The notes: generated from the letters alone by a model not told the origin. Counted from the stretch's first letter, positions 39,196-50,349 are shown. The stretch: DNA of 64,000 nucleotides from Oscillospiraceae bacterium (GCA_015065265.1 SVQQ01000007.1:475-64474); one strand, 5' to 3'. Numbers and translations: made by a program.

Positions 39196-39431
39196 CTTTC
39201 CACAACTTTTCAAGAGACCTTTGTGGAAAACTTTTCTCAAAATTTTTATGTGGAAAATTTTAGTGTATTTAACTTTTGATTTTTATTTAATTTTTTTCAA
39301 AAATTTATTCTTTTGAAAATTTTACCTATAAGCCTTGACTTTTTTTGATTAAACTAAATTTGACAAAGTCCTTTTGTTACTTTTTTTGCTCCTAAAAGTT
39401 TTACACAGAGTTTTCCACAACCTGTGGAAAA
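39196..39431. promoter_or_regulatory. DnaA-box cluster in the gyrB-gyrA spacer
   Basis: Four exact TTTTCCACA boxes lie at 39222-39230 (-), 39249-39257 (-), 39411-39419 (+) and 39423-39431 (-). Weaker matches are CTTTCCACA (39196-39204) and TTTTACACA (39399-39407). The same 9-mer is used in the dnaA-dnaN oriC spacer. Confidence 0.6.
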
Positions 39432-39472
39432 CTTCAGCGAAAGGCAGTTTATGTCAGAGTTTGTCACAATTT

Positions 39473-41781
<2,309 letters not shown>

Positions 41782-41786
41782 AAAAT

Positions 41787-42869
41787 TTACACCTTTTTGT
41801 ATTTTCCTTTTTCAACGTAGATTTTTTCTCCCTTTAAAAACTCTGTGTCTTTTATGCAAGAAGTAATCATAACCTGTTTACCGTATAGTTTTGAGAGTAT
41901 ATACTCCTGCCTTTTTTCGTCAAGTTCTGACAGAATATCGTCAAACAGATAAATTGGAGAGGAGTTTGTCTTTTCTTCTATCAGTTCGCCTTCCGCAAGT
42001 TTCAAGGCTATTACCGCGCTTCTTTGCTGACCTTGTGAACCGTAGTGACGAAGGGGAATATCGTTTACAAAAATCTCGATATCGTCTTTAATAGCGCCTG
42101 CTGTAGCACATTTATAGTTGATATCTCTTTGTCTCATAGAGGGGATAAGAGTTGAATAGAATTCGAGAGCATCTTTCTTTTCAGATAAACCCGACATTTT
42201 AAATTCGTAACTTAACTTATCACCCGACATTTTTTCAAGGTGTACTTTTGCCCTTTCAAAAATCTCTCTTGCCCATTCTTTTCTTATTTCGGTGATTTTT
42301 CCGCCAAGTTTTATAAGACTGTCGTCATATACGTCGAGAAGTATATTTTGACTTTCTGTGCCCTTATAATCTTTTAAAAGGGCATTTTTTTCTCCCACCG
42401 TCTTTGAATGTTTAAAAAGAAGTGTTATATAACTCTTTTTAATCTGACAAAGTGAAGAATCCATAAGGGCTCTTCTCTCGCTTGGCCCGTTTTTAATAAT
42501 CTTCAAATGCTCGGGCACGAAAAGAACTGCTCTGAAATTTCCAAAAAAGTCGCTCATTTTTGAAATTTTTATTCCGTTGTAATAAAAACTTCTCTTTTCA
42601 TTCTTTGAAAAATTCACTTCATAGTTACAAATTCTTCCCATTTCTTCAAAAACTGCCACAATTTTCCCACTGTCTGCACCGAATTTTATCAGGTCGTGGT
42701 CTTGATTTGTGCGGAAACTTTTTGAATTTGCAAAATAGTATATTGCTTCAATTATATTTGTCTTTCCCTCGGCATTATTTCCATATATCAGATTGGTGTC
42801 GGGAGAAAATTCTATTGTTTCGTTTTCTATATTTCTGAAATTTTCAGCCTGAAGTTTTATTATTTTCAT
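41787..42869 (-). CDS. recF: DNA replication and repair protein RecF
   Basis: Contains GNNAEGKTN (Walker A) and an SMC-like signature (GSQGQQRS). Confidence 0.9.
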   Translation of the reverse strand: MKIIKLQAENFRNIENETIEFSPDTNLIYGNNAEGKTNIIEAIYYFANSKSFRTNQDHDLIKFGADSGKIVAVFEEMGRICNYEVNFSKNEKRSFYYNGIKISKMSDFFGNFRAVLFVPEHLKIIKNGPSERRALMDSSLCQIKKSYITLLFKHSKTVGEKNALLKDYKGTESQNILLDVYDDSLIKLGGKITEIRKEWAREIFERAKVHLEKMSGDKLSYEFKMSGLSEKKDALEFYSTLIPSMRQRDINYKCATAGAIKDDIEIFVNDIPLRHYGSQGQQRSAVIALKLAEGELIEEKTNSSPIYLFDDILSELDEKRQEYILSKLYGKQVMITSCIKDTEFLKGEKIYVEKGKYKKV

Positions 42870-43981
42870 TGTTCGTCGTTAAGTCTTACAGGCAGAACGA
42901 GATAGAAATAAGAATCGTGGTCAACAGGTTGAACACTCATTCCAACAAGAGAAGTTTTAAATCTTAATACAACCTCTTCATCGCCGCTAAGTGCCGCTGC
43001 ACGAAGGGCATCTAAAAGATATCTGTTGTTAAATCCTATTTCAAGGTCACCGCCTGTTACCTTTGCGGAAATTTCGTCACGAACCTTTCCGTTTACGCTA
43101 TCGCAGGACAAAAGAAGTCCGTCGGGCATAACTGTAATTTTAACAGGGCTCTTCACTCTTTCGTCTATTACAAGTCCTGCTCTTTCACAACTTGCGATAA
43201 TATCGTCAAGTTTTACACGAACTTCAATGGAAGTATCCTTGGGAATAGGCTTTAAATAATCTATATATTCGCCCTCAATAAGTCTTGAGAAGAAATAGAG
43301 ATTATCAAAATTCATAATTATATGTTTGTTTGTAAGTTCTGCTCTTACAACGTCGTCTGAATCGTCGAGAAGTTTAATAAGTTCCTGAAGTGTTTTACCC
43401 GGAACTATAAACTTCATAATTTCACTTGAATTTACAGTTTCGTGACGGATTGAAAGACGGAAGGCGTCACAACTTACAAGAGTCATTTTATCTGCATTTA
43501 TTTCAAAGTTAATACCGGTTAGCACAGGTCTCTTTTCATCAAGAGAAACAGAGAAGAGAAGTTGCTGACAGAGTTTTTTAAGAATTCCTTTTGGAATTTC
43601 AAAATATCTGTCACCTGAAAGTTCGGGAATTGAAGGATAACCTTCGGTAGAAAGTCCTAAAATTTCAAACTTGATTTTTCCTGAAATTATAGTAACCTTG
43701 TGATTCTGGTCGGCAGAAATTTCTACCATACCGTCGGGAAGCGCTCTTAAAATTGAAGTAAGTTTCTGAGCATTTAAAAGAAGTTCGCCCTCTTCTTCAA
43801 TATATATATCGGTTTCAGTCTTTACGCCTTTTGCAAGGTCGTAGCCTGTGACGGTGAGTTTTCCGTCACCTGCTTTAAAGAATATACATTCAAGTGCGGG
43901 AATAAGCGCCTTTGTAGAAAGTGCGCACAAGGTAGGGGTAACTGCTTCAAGTAAAGTTTTCTTTTCTGCTTTAATTTTCAT
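42866..43981 (-). CDS. dnaN: DNA polymerase III beta sliding clamp
   Basis: The three-domain clamp begins MKIKAEKKTLLEAV. I prefer the start at 43981 because GGGAG lies 6 nt upstream. Confidence 0.9.
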   Translation of the reverse strand: MKIKAEKKTLLEAVTPTLCALSTKALIPALECIFFKAGDGKLTVTGYDLAKGVKTETDIYIEEEGELLLNAQKLTSILRALPDGMVEISADQNHKVTIISGKIKFEILGLSTEGYPSIPELSGDRYFEIPKGILKKLCQQLLFSVSLDEKRPVLTGINFEINADKMTLVSCDAFRLSIRHETVNSSEIMKFIVPGKTLQELIKLLDDSDDVVRAELTNKHIIMNFDNLYFFSRLIEGEYIDYLKPIPKDTSIEVRVKLDDIIASCERAGLVIDERVKSPVKITVMPDGLLLSCDSVNGKVRDEISAKVTGGDLEIGFNNRYLLDALRAAALSGDEEVVLRFKTSLVGMSVQPVDHDSYFYLVLPVRLNDEQ

Positions 43982-44053
43982 TTTTAACTCCCTGTGTTCA
44001 AAGTTATAAACACACAATAATTATTTTTTTTATTCCTTCAAAAATAGGGTCGG

Positions 44054-44268
44054 ACTATATAATATATTATATATATTAAGTCGTAGTAGTAGGGGGTGTC
44101 GGAATTGTGGGAAAGTCTCAAAAGCCTTTTATTGTAAAGATAATTTCATTTTTTCCCTGTTAAAAATCTGTGGAAAAGGTGAGGTGACAATTTCAGACTT
44201 TTTCTGACACAAAAAATATCCTCAAAAACGGGTTGTGGAAAAGTGAGAAAAAACCACATTTAATCCAC
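44054..44268. other. oriC (dnaA-dnaN spacer): AT-rich DUE, DnaA-trios, GC cluster, DnaA boxes
   Basis: The AT-rich tract is at 44054-44079, TAGTAGTAG at 44083-44091 and GGGGG at 44091-44095. Boxes are TGTGGGAAA (44105-44113), TGTGGAAAA (44168-44176 and 44233-44241) and TAATCCACA (44260-44268). Confidence 0.7.
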
Positions 44269-44278
44269 AGAGTTTCTA

Positions 44279-45667
44279 TCATTTTCCTGTGAGTTCTCTT
44301 ATCATTGCATTTATTTCAAATTCAAGAGCAGGGTCGGTCTTTATATCTTCATAAATCTTTGAATATGCCGACATAACCGACGTGTGATGCATACCGAAGT
44401 AAGCGCCGATTTCGGTAAGTGACATATTGGTGATAGTTCTCATTATGTAAATTGTAACGTGTCTTGCGTTTGAAATTTTCTTTTCTCTCTTTCTGCCCTT
44501 GATTTCTTCAACGGGAACGGCATATTTTTTGCCTACCATTTCAAAAATTTCGTCAACTGTAATACCTGTAGGTACAGCGTTTGAGAAAAGGTCTTGTAGA
44601 CAGGATTTAACGGAATCCTGATCAAGACGTGTTCCGTTGAGCATACTTGCAGCCCTTAGTCTCTTTATTGCCCCCTCAAGTTGTCTTATGTTGCCTTTTA
44701 AGTTATCCGCAAGGAAAATAAGAATACTGTCGGGAATTGTAATATTCAGGCTTTGTGCCTTGTTTTTGAGTATTGCAAGACGGAGTTCGTAGTCGGGGGG
44801 TTGAACGTCAACGGAAAGACCCCATTCAAAGCGTGTGCGAAGACGTTCTTCAAGGTTAGGAATGTCCTTTGGAGGACGGTCGGAGGCAAGAATTATCTGC
44901 TTTTTGTCCTCGTGTAAGGCGTTGAAGGTGTGGAAGAATTCTTCCTGTGTTGAGGGCTTACCTGCTATAAACTGAATGTCGTCAACCAGAAGTACGTCGG
45001 CTTTTCTGTATCTGTCTCTGAAATATTGCATGGGTATTTTCTTTGACAGAGAGCGTATCAGTTCGTTTGCGAAATCCTCGCCTCGAACGTAAACAACGTT
45101 TGTATTCTCTCGACGGAGAAGTATCTCGTTTGTAATTGCATAAAGAAGGTGAGTTTTACCAAGACCCGAGTCCCCATATATGAAAAGGGGGTTATAGATG
45201 TGGTCGGCATTTTCCGCAATAGCACGACAGGCAGCGTGGGCAAATTTATTGGTATTTCCTACAACGAAGTTGTTAAAAGTATATTGTGGATTGTAGGTCA
45301 TATAAATTTCGCCACCGTCTCCAACTTCTCCCTGAATCCTCTCGTCACTTACCTCGTCGTCAAGTCTGAAAGCGGGACGTTCCACGATATTAACCTTTTC
45401 GTAGTCGGGCCTATCGTCGAAGATGTCAAGGTTGATTGCAACGTTAAAACCGATGACCTCGGCAAGATATTTTTCAAGGGTTGAAAGGTAGCGGGATGAC
45501 ACAATATCTTTTTTAAGTTGTGTCTTTGTATTTATCAGGGCAAAATCGTTGGTGAGTTTCACAAGTTCAAGGTCTCTGAACCACAAATTGTAGGTGGGTT
45601 CTGAGAATTCACCGCTCTCTGCTATTTTTGACAAAACGCAGGACCAAATTTCATTTAACGAATCCAT
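44279..45667 (-). CDS. dnaA: Chromosomal replication initiator DnaA
   Basis: 462 aa with an AAA+ domain (GDSGLGKTHLL) and the C-terminal DNA-binding signature (HTSVMSAYSKI). Confidence 0.97.
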   Translation of the reverse strand: MDSLNEIWSCVLSKIAESGEFSEPTYNLWFRDLELVKLTNDFALINTKTQLKKDIVSSRYLSTLEKYLAEVIGFNVAINLDIFDDRPDYEKVNIVERPAFRLDDEVSDERIQGEVGDGGEIYMTYNPQYTFNNFVVGNTNKFAHAACRAIAENADHIYNPLFIYGDSGLGKTHLLYAITNEILLRRENTNVVYVRGEDFANELIRSLSKKIPMQYFRDRYRKADVLLVDDIQFIAGKPSTQEEFFHTFNALHEDKKQIILASDRPPKDIPNLEERLRTRFEWGLSVDVQPPDYELRLAILKNKAQSLNITIPDSILIFLADNLKGNIRQLEGAIKRLRAASMLNGTRLDQDSVKSCLQDLFSNAVPTGITVDEIFEMVGKKYAVPVEEIKGRKREKKISNARHVTIYIMRTITNMSLTEIGAYFGMHHTSVMSAYSKIYEDIKTDPALEFEINAMIRELTGK

Positions 45668-45720
45668 TTATTTTTCCTTCCAAAAAATTTTCTACATATA
45701 TAATAATATTCAACAGTTAC

Positions 45721-45749
45721 ATTATAACACATTCTCCTCAATCTTGCAA
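45721..45749 (-). promoter_or_regulatory. Candidate sigma-A promoter of dnaA
   Basis: The minus strand reads TTGCAA, a 17-nt spacer, then TGtTATAAT (extended -10). A repeat module m1 starts 11 nt upstream of the -35. Confidence 0.55.
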
Positions 45750-45759
45750 GAGTTAAATT

Positions 45760-46125
45760 CGTATCTTTGGTTAAAAACGAAATGAAAAAACTACTTAATT
45801 TTTAATAGAGTGCACTTTGTTTTTATGGACTATACTTTGCTGTTCTCTTTCTTTTCGGGTTGTGTGCTTAAGTTTTTGTCTTTTTGGTTAAAAACGAAAT
45901 GATATCATATACGTTTAGCGGATTTTCCGCTAAACTTATATAATATTTAATTCAAATGCGAAGCATTTGTTCCTAAATTCAGCATTCAGCATTCTGCACT
46001 CTGCATTTAAGATGTTTAGCGGATTTTCCGCTAAACTTATATAAAAAAGTGCAGTCTATTTTTCATAGGCTACACTTTTTGAAGTTATATTAACTTTTTA
46101 TTTTTATGTTTTCACCAGAAAGACG
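45760..46125. repeat. Repeat locus D. Forward: m1, degenerate m2, m5, m1, half palindromic element, extra GTTTAGCGG hairpin, m2. An inverted m1 abuts the radical-SAM gene stop.
   Basis: m1 copies lie at 45760-45788 and 45877-45903 (+) and at 46095-46125 (-). The hairpin GTTTAGCGGATTTTCCGCTAAAC occurs at 45913-45935 and 46014-46036. A TIR lies at 45970-46008 and m2 at 46044-46080. Confidence 0.85.
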
Positions 46126-47084
46126 TCAACGGAAAATTCGTCAGACAACTTTTTGAGGTTAACCTTCTTTTGCCCAAGGTATTGGGACAGGAGTTTTTCA
46201 GGAACTTCAAGAAAGACCTTTTCACCTTTTTTAAGGTCCATTTTGCGAAGTTTTTCCCGCATTTCGTCAAGGCGTAACCGAGATAAAATTAACTCCCCTA
46301 TTGCATCGTGATAGTCTCCTGCAATAACGTCGTCGGAGTGTAAACCTTCTCCGGATTGAAGGCCTATTCGGATAACGTCGACGTTGTTTTTTAAAAAAAG
46401 ACCAACAACTTTTGCCCCACGCTCCACAGTTTCGTCAAGGGTAGGCGGTTGATACTTTCCCGAAAGATAAAGGTCACCAAGGGCGGTGGAACTAAATACG
46501 ACAGTGGGGTAAACTCGGGCGCTTGTAGCCCCGTGGGAGATTATGTCAAGGGCAGTCTGCCTTTCATTTTCCTCGTTTCCCCCAAACATACCCGTCATCA
46601 TCTGCCCTGTCAGTTCAAAACCCTCTTTTACAATCAAATCCATTGCGTAAAGTGAGGTTTTGGCGTCGTGACCTCTCTTGTTAAGGGTCAAAACTTCGTC
46701 GTTTGTAGACTGAATTCCAAGTTCGATATTTGCAACTTTGTAAAACTTTAAAATACTGAGTATCTCTTCGTCAATATAATCGGGTCTGGTGGAAAGTCTT
46801 ATGGACGAAACTCGCCCCTCTTTGATGAATTTATTTGCGGTTTCAAGAAGTTTTATCATAAGAGAACGCTCAATTCCTGTAAAACTTCCGCCAAAAAATG
46901 CCACTTGAGGCACAAAGGACGAAATTGTCCCAAGTGCCTTTTCGATTTCTTCTTCAACTCCGTCCACGTCAAAGGAAGTTCTTCCCGAAATAGTCCTTTG
47001 ATTACAGAAAACACAATCGTTGGGGCATCCTATGTGGGGTACGAAAATAGGGATATTGGCGTGACGTTTCATGCCCTCTTCCAC
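46104..47084 (-). CDS. Radical SAM protein (ELP3/COG1243-like)
   Basis: Contains IPIFVPHIGCPNDCVFCNQ (CxxxCxxC). The last 7 codons (DVFLVKT) are encoded by repeat module m1. It overlaps cysS by 16 nt. Confidence 0.75.
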   Translation of the reverse strand: MEEGMKRHANIPIFVPHIGCPNDCVFCNQRTISGRTSFDVDGVEEEIEKALGTISSFVPQVAFFGGSFTGIERSLMIKLLETANKFIKEGRVSSIRLSTRPDYIDEEILSILKFYKVANIELGIQSTNDEVLTLNKRGHDAKTSLYAMDLIVKEGFELTGQMMTGMFGGNEENERQTALDIISHGATSARVYPTVVFSSTALGDLYLSGKYQPPTLDETVERGAKVVGLFLKNNVDVIRIGLQSGEGLHSDDVIAGDYHDAIGELILSRLRLDEMREKLRKMDLKKGEKVFLEVPEKLLSQYLGQKKVNLKKLSDEFSVDVFLVKT

Positions 47085-48460
47085 TTAGTTCCCTGAGGGG
47101 TATCTTCAAGGACAATTCCCTTGTTTTTGAGTTCTTCTCTGATTTCGTCGGCTCTCGCATAGTTCTTTTCTTTCTTTGCCGAAATTCTCTCGGAAATCAG
47201 GTCTTCAATCCACTTTGTGTCCTCTTCTTCTTCGGGAACGAGGAAGCCCATAAGTCCTACAAGTTCCTTATATATAGCGTAAATTTCTTCAAGGTCGCCT
47301 TTTGTAAGAGAAGTGTCGGAAATAAGGGTGTTAATCTTTCTTATCATTTCAAAAATGGCAGAAATTCCGTCTGCGGTATTGAAATCGTCGTCCATTGCGA
47401 CAATGAATTTTTCGCGGTATTCACCCAGTGCATTTATGTCTTCGGTCTTTGTGACACCGCCTTCTTTTGCATTTTTAAGAGCGTACTTTATTCCGTTTTC
47501 ACAGTTGTACATACGTTCAAGAGAAGCCTTTGACTGCTCTAAAATGTCTGCAGAGAAGTTAATGGGACTTCTGTACTGAGCAGAGACAAGGAAAAAGCGA
47601 ATTGCAGGATAGGAGTACTTTGCCGCAGCGTCACGGACGGTGAAGAAATTGCCAAGAGACTTTGACATTTTCTTGTTATCCACGTTTATATATCCGTTGT
47701 GGATAAAGGCACGGCAGAAAGGAACGCCGAAAGCGGCTTCAGACTGTGCAACTTCGTTTTCGTGATGTGGGAAAGTCAGGTCCTGACCGCCTCCGTGAAG
47801 GTCGATTGTCTTTCCGAGATATTTATCAACCATTGCCGAGCACTCGATATGCCAACCCGGTCTTCCTTTTCCCCAAGGGGAGTCCCAATAGGGTTCACCC
47901 TCTTTGTACGCTTTCCACAGAGCGAAGTCAAGGGGGTCGTGTTTTACGTCGTTTACGTCAATTCTCGCTCCGCTTTCAAGGTCGTCTACGTCAAAACCGC
48001 CAAGTCTGCCATAGTCCTTGAATTTACGTGCCGAGAAGTAAACGTCACCGTTTTCGGCAGGGTAAGCGTAGCCTTTTTCGATAAGGATTTTAATGATATT
48101 TATAATTTCTTCCATATTTTCCGTGGCTCTTGGATGGAAGGTGGCGGGAGTTATGCCAAGGCCTTTTGCATCGGTGAAATATTCTTCAATATACTTGTCT
48201 GCAACTGCCTTGACTGTGGTGTTTTCTTCCTTTGCTCTCTTTATCATTTTGTCGTCGATATCGGTGAAATTCTGTACGAAAGTTACCTTGTTTCCTCTAT
48301 ATTCGAGGTATCGGCGAAGCAGGTCGAAAATAACGAAACAACGTGCGTTTCCTACGTGGAAATAGTTATAAACCGTGGGGCCACAGGCATACATTCTCAC
48401 GGTGTTATCCTTAAAAACAAGTTCCTCTTTTTTCTTTGTAAGTGAATTATAAAACTTCAT
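47069..48460 (-). CDS. cysS: Cysteinyl-tRNA synthetase
   Basis: Contains HVGNARC (HIGH) and KMSKS. Confidence 0.95.
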   Translation of the reverse strand: MKFYNSLTKKKEELVFKDNTVRMYACGPTVYNYFHVGNARCFVIFDLLRRYLEYRGNKVTFVQNFTDIDDKMIKRAKEENTTVKAVADKYIEEYFTDAKGLGITPATFHPRATENMEEIINIIKILIEKGYAYPAENGDVYFSARKFKDYGRLGGFDVDDLESGARIDVNDVKHDPLDFALWKAYKEGEPYWDSPWGKGRPGWHIECSAMVDKYLGKTIDLHGGGQDLTFPHHENEVAQSEAAFGVPFCRAFIHNGYINVDNKKMSKSLGNFFTVRDAAAKYSYPAIRFFLVSAQYRSPINFSADILEQSKASLERMYNCENGIKYALKNAKEGGVTKTEDINALGEYREKFIVAMDDDFNTADGISAIFEMIRKINTLISDTSLTKGDLEEIYAIYKELVGLMGFLVPEEEEDTKWIEDLISERISAKKEKNYARADEIREELKNKGIVLEDTPQGTKWKRA

Positions 48461-48461
48461 A

Positions 48462-49094
48462 TTATTCTCCTTTTTCCAGTGTCTCTATTTTCTTTTGTAG
48501 TTTTTCAATTTCCGCCCTCATTCTGCAAAGTTCTTGGGAAACGGGGTCGGGAATGTGTATCTGGTCAAGGTCGGATTGTCTCTGACCGTCCCTTTTTACA
48601 ACTCGTGCAGGAGCGCCAACAGCAGTTGAATCGGGGGGAATTTCGGTAAGAACCACTGACCCTGCGGCAATTTTTGCCCTGTCCCCTACTTTGAAAGGGC
48701 CAAGAACCTTTGCCCCTGCGCCAACGAGGACACCGTTACCTAAGGTGGGATGTCTCTTTCCAATATCTTTTCCCGTACCGCCAAGGGTTACTCCTTGGTA
48801 AAGTGTACATTCATCACCAATTTCGGCAGTTTCGCCAATAACTACCCCTGAACCGTGGTCAATGAACAGCCCTCTGCCAATAGTCGCACCGGGGTGTATT
48901 TCAATGCCTGTAAAAAATCTGCCCGTTTGGGAGATAAGTCTGGCAATAAAGAAAAGTCGGTGTCTATAAAAGAAATTCGCAATTCTGTAATAAATCAAGG
49001 CGTGAAAGCCTGAATACAGGAAGAAAATTTCAAAAATATTTCTCGCGGCGGGGTCGCGGGATTTAATCGACTTCAAATCCTCAAATATCTTCAT
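48462..49094 (-). CDS. cysE: Serine O-acetyltransferase
   Basis: Has hexapeptide repeats and GIEIHPGATIG. Confidence 0.9.
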   Translation of the reverse strand: MKIFEDLKSIKSRDPAARNIFEIFFLYSGFHALIYYRIANFFYRHRLFFIARLISQTGRFFTGIEIHPGATIGRGLFIDHGSGVVIGETAEIGDECTLYQGVTLGGTGKDIGKRHPTLGNGVLVGAGAKVLGPFKVGDRAKIAAGSVVLTEIPPDSTAVGAPARVVKRDGQRQSDLDQIHIPDPVSQELCRMRAEIEKLQKKIETLEKGE

Positions 49095-49101
49095 TTAGGT
49101 T

Positions 49102-49721
49102 CCTTTCTTCGTCTCTTTGGTGAAAAACGAAATGAAATTGGGTATAGAATATAGTAAGGCGTAATCTGTTTTTAAAGTTTATGCTTTGTTTGTCATCTGT
49201 TCCAATATATAATTTTTTCAAAGTAAGAAGTTCTGCGAACTTCTTTTCATCTATTTCAATTTCATTTCTTCGTTTCTTGCTCGGACTACTGTACATAAGT
49301 ACAGTTACGCCTTCGCAATAAACGATTTTCCCTCAAAGATACTCTCTCTTTTCATTTGGGTTATGTGTTGAAGGCTCAAAGTCCTTTCTTCGTCTCTTTG
49401 GTGTGCATTTTTGGTTAAAATACAGAAATGAAAAGGTTATTAAGTTTTTAATAAAACAAAAACCATTCACAAATCTTAACTTTTTCAAAGCATTCTATAT
49501 ATACAGTTTTCTTCGGAAAGAAATTCTACGAATTTCTCTTGAATTTTTTATTTCATTTCTTCGCGTGTTGCTCGGACTGGCGTACCATTGTACGCCGACG
49601 CCTTCGCACTTGAGCGGGGGATTTTTGTGGTGTAGCGTTTAGCGAAACCTACAAAAATTCAAGCCATACAGGGAGCGTAGCCGAGCAGTGTGTGAGGCTA
49701 AAGCGAGTCGGACTGCATTTT
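49102..49721 (+). repeat. Repeat locus E, lying between cysE and its T-box: m1, degenerate m2, m3, m4, m5, then an m1 variant, m3 variant, m4, m7
   Basis: m1 lies at 49110-49138 and 49391-49435, m3 at 49225-49245 and 49519-49537, m4 hairpins at 49288-49305 and 49579-49596, m5 at 49321-49382 and m7 at 49607-49721. Confidence 0.9.
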
Positions 49722-49771
49722 ACATATCTTCCTTATGTATTATATAAGGGGAAGCGGGTTTTGGGTAAAAT

Positions 49772-49990
49772 AAAAAACCGCCCTCTGTCAAGAGGCGCGG
49801 TTGCGCGGTTCCACTCTTATTTATAACTTTTTCTTTTTTGCTTGTCCCGATTTCTCGGCGGCCGCACTTTCACAAAATAAGCAATAGACGTTCACACCAA
49901 ACACGTCCTCTCTGAATTGCTTTTTTCTTGTTACTCTTGCCAAACAGACTATCCTCTGCCGACTTGCAATATATTAAATTCAAAGTAGTT
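49772..49990 (-). promoter_or_regulatory. T-box riboswitch leader, probably Cys-specific
   Basis: The minus strand reads AAGAG-TGGAACC-GCGC-AACC-GCGC-CTCTT. This is the canonical antiterminator with a 7-nt UGGNACC bulge, where N=A fits the tRNA-Cys discriminator U73. It overlaps the terminator CCGCG(C)CTCT-TGAC-AGAGGGCGG-TTTTTT. Upstream elements are AGAGAG and GGTG. A candidate UGC specifier lies at 49864-49866. Confidence 0.85.
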
Positions 49991-50349
49991 CAGTATGAGT
50001 ATAGCATATAATAATACAAAAAGCAAGTCACAGGAGCACCCTATACTTTATTTTTATTTACGATTATCCGTAATTTGTGTTTTTGGATTTTGGGGCAAAA
50101 AAACACAAGATATAGTGTCTTTCACTTAAAAATCGCTCCCAAAAACTCAACTTCACAGGTCGGCTTTGGCAAATTTGCGGAAGGATGAGCAAAAATTTTT
50201 AGCAAAGTGACAAAAATACAGGCTTGTTTTTGGGCAAAATTAAGAGGATTTGATAATATTTTTACGAAAACACGTAAAATTTAACAAAAAAGCGTCAAGA
50301 TTTTGGTGGAAAATTGACGGAAAAAGACGGGTCAGGAAAATATTGTGAT

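Noticed and set aside
39411-39431. The palindrome TTTTCCACA-ACC-TGTGGAAAA as the gyrB terminator
   Set aside because: The 9-bp stem is AT-rich and no T tract follows on the minus strand. The identical 9-mers nearby and in oriC favour a DnaA-box interpretation, though a dual role is not excluded.
49081-49296. 71-aa minus-strand ORF overlapping the cysE start and repeat unit 1 (similar cases at 57370-57576 and 57661-57882)
   Set aside because: It lies entirely within repeat modules and has no RBS. It overlaps the cysE start region (49081-49094) in a different reading frame.
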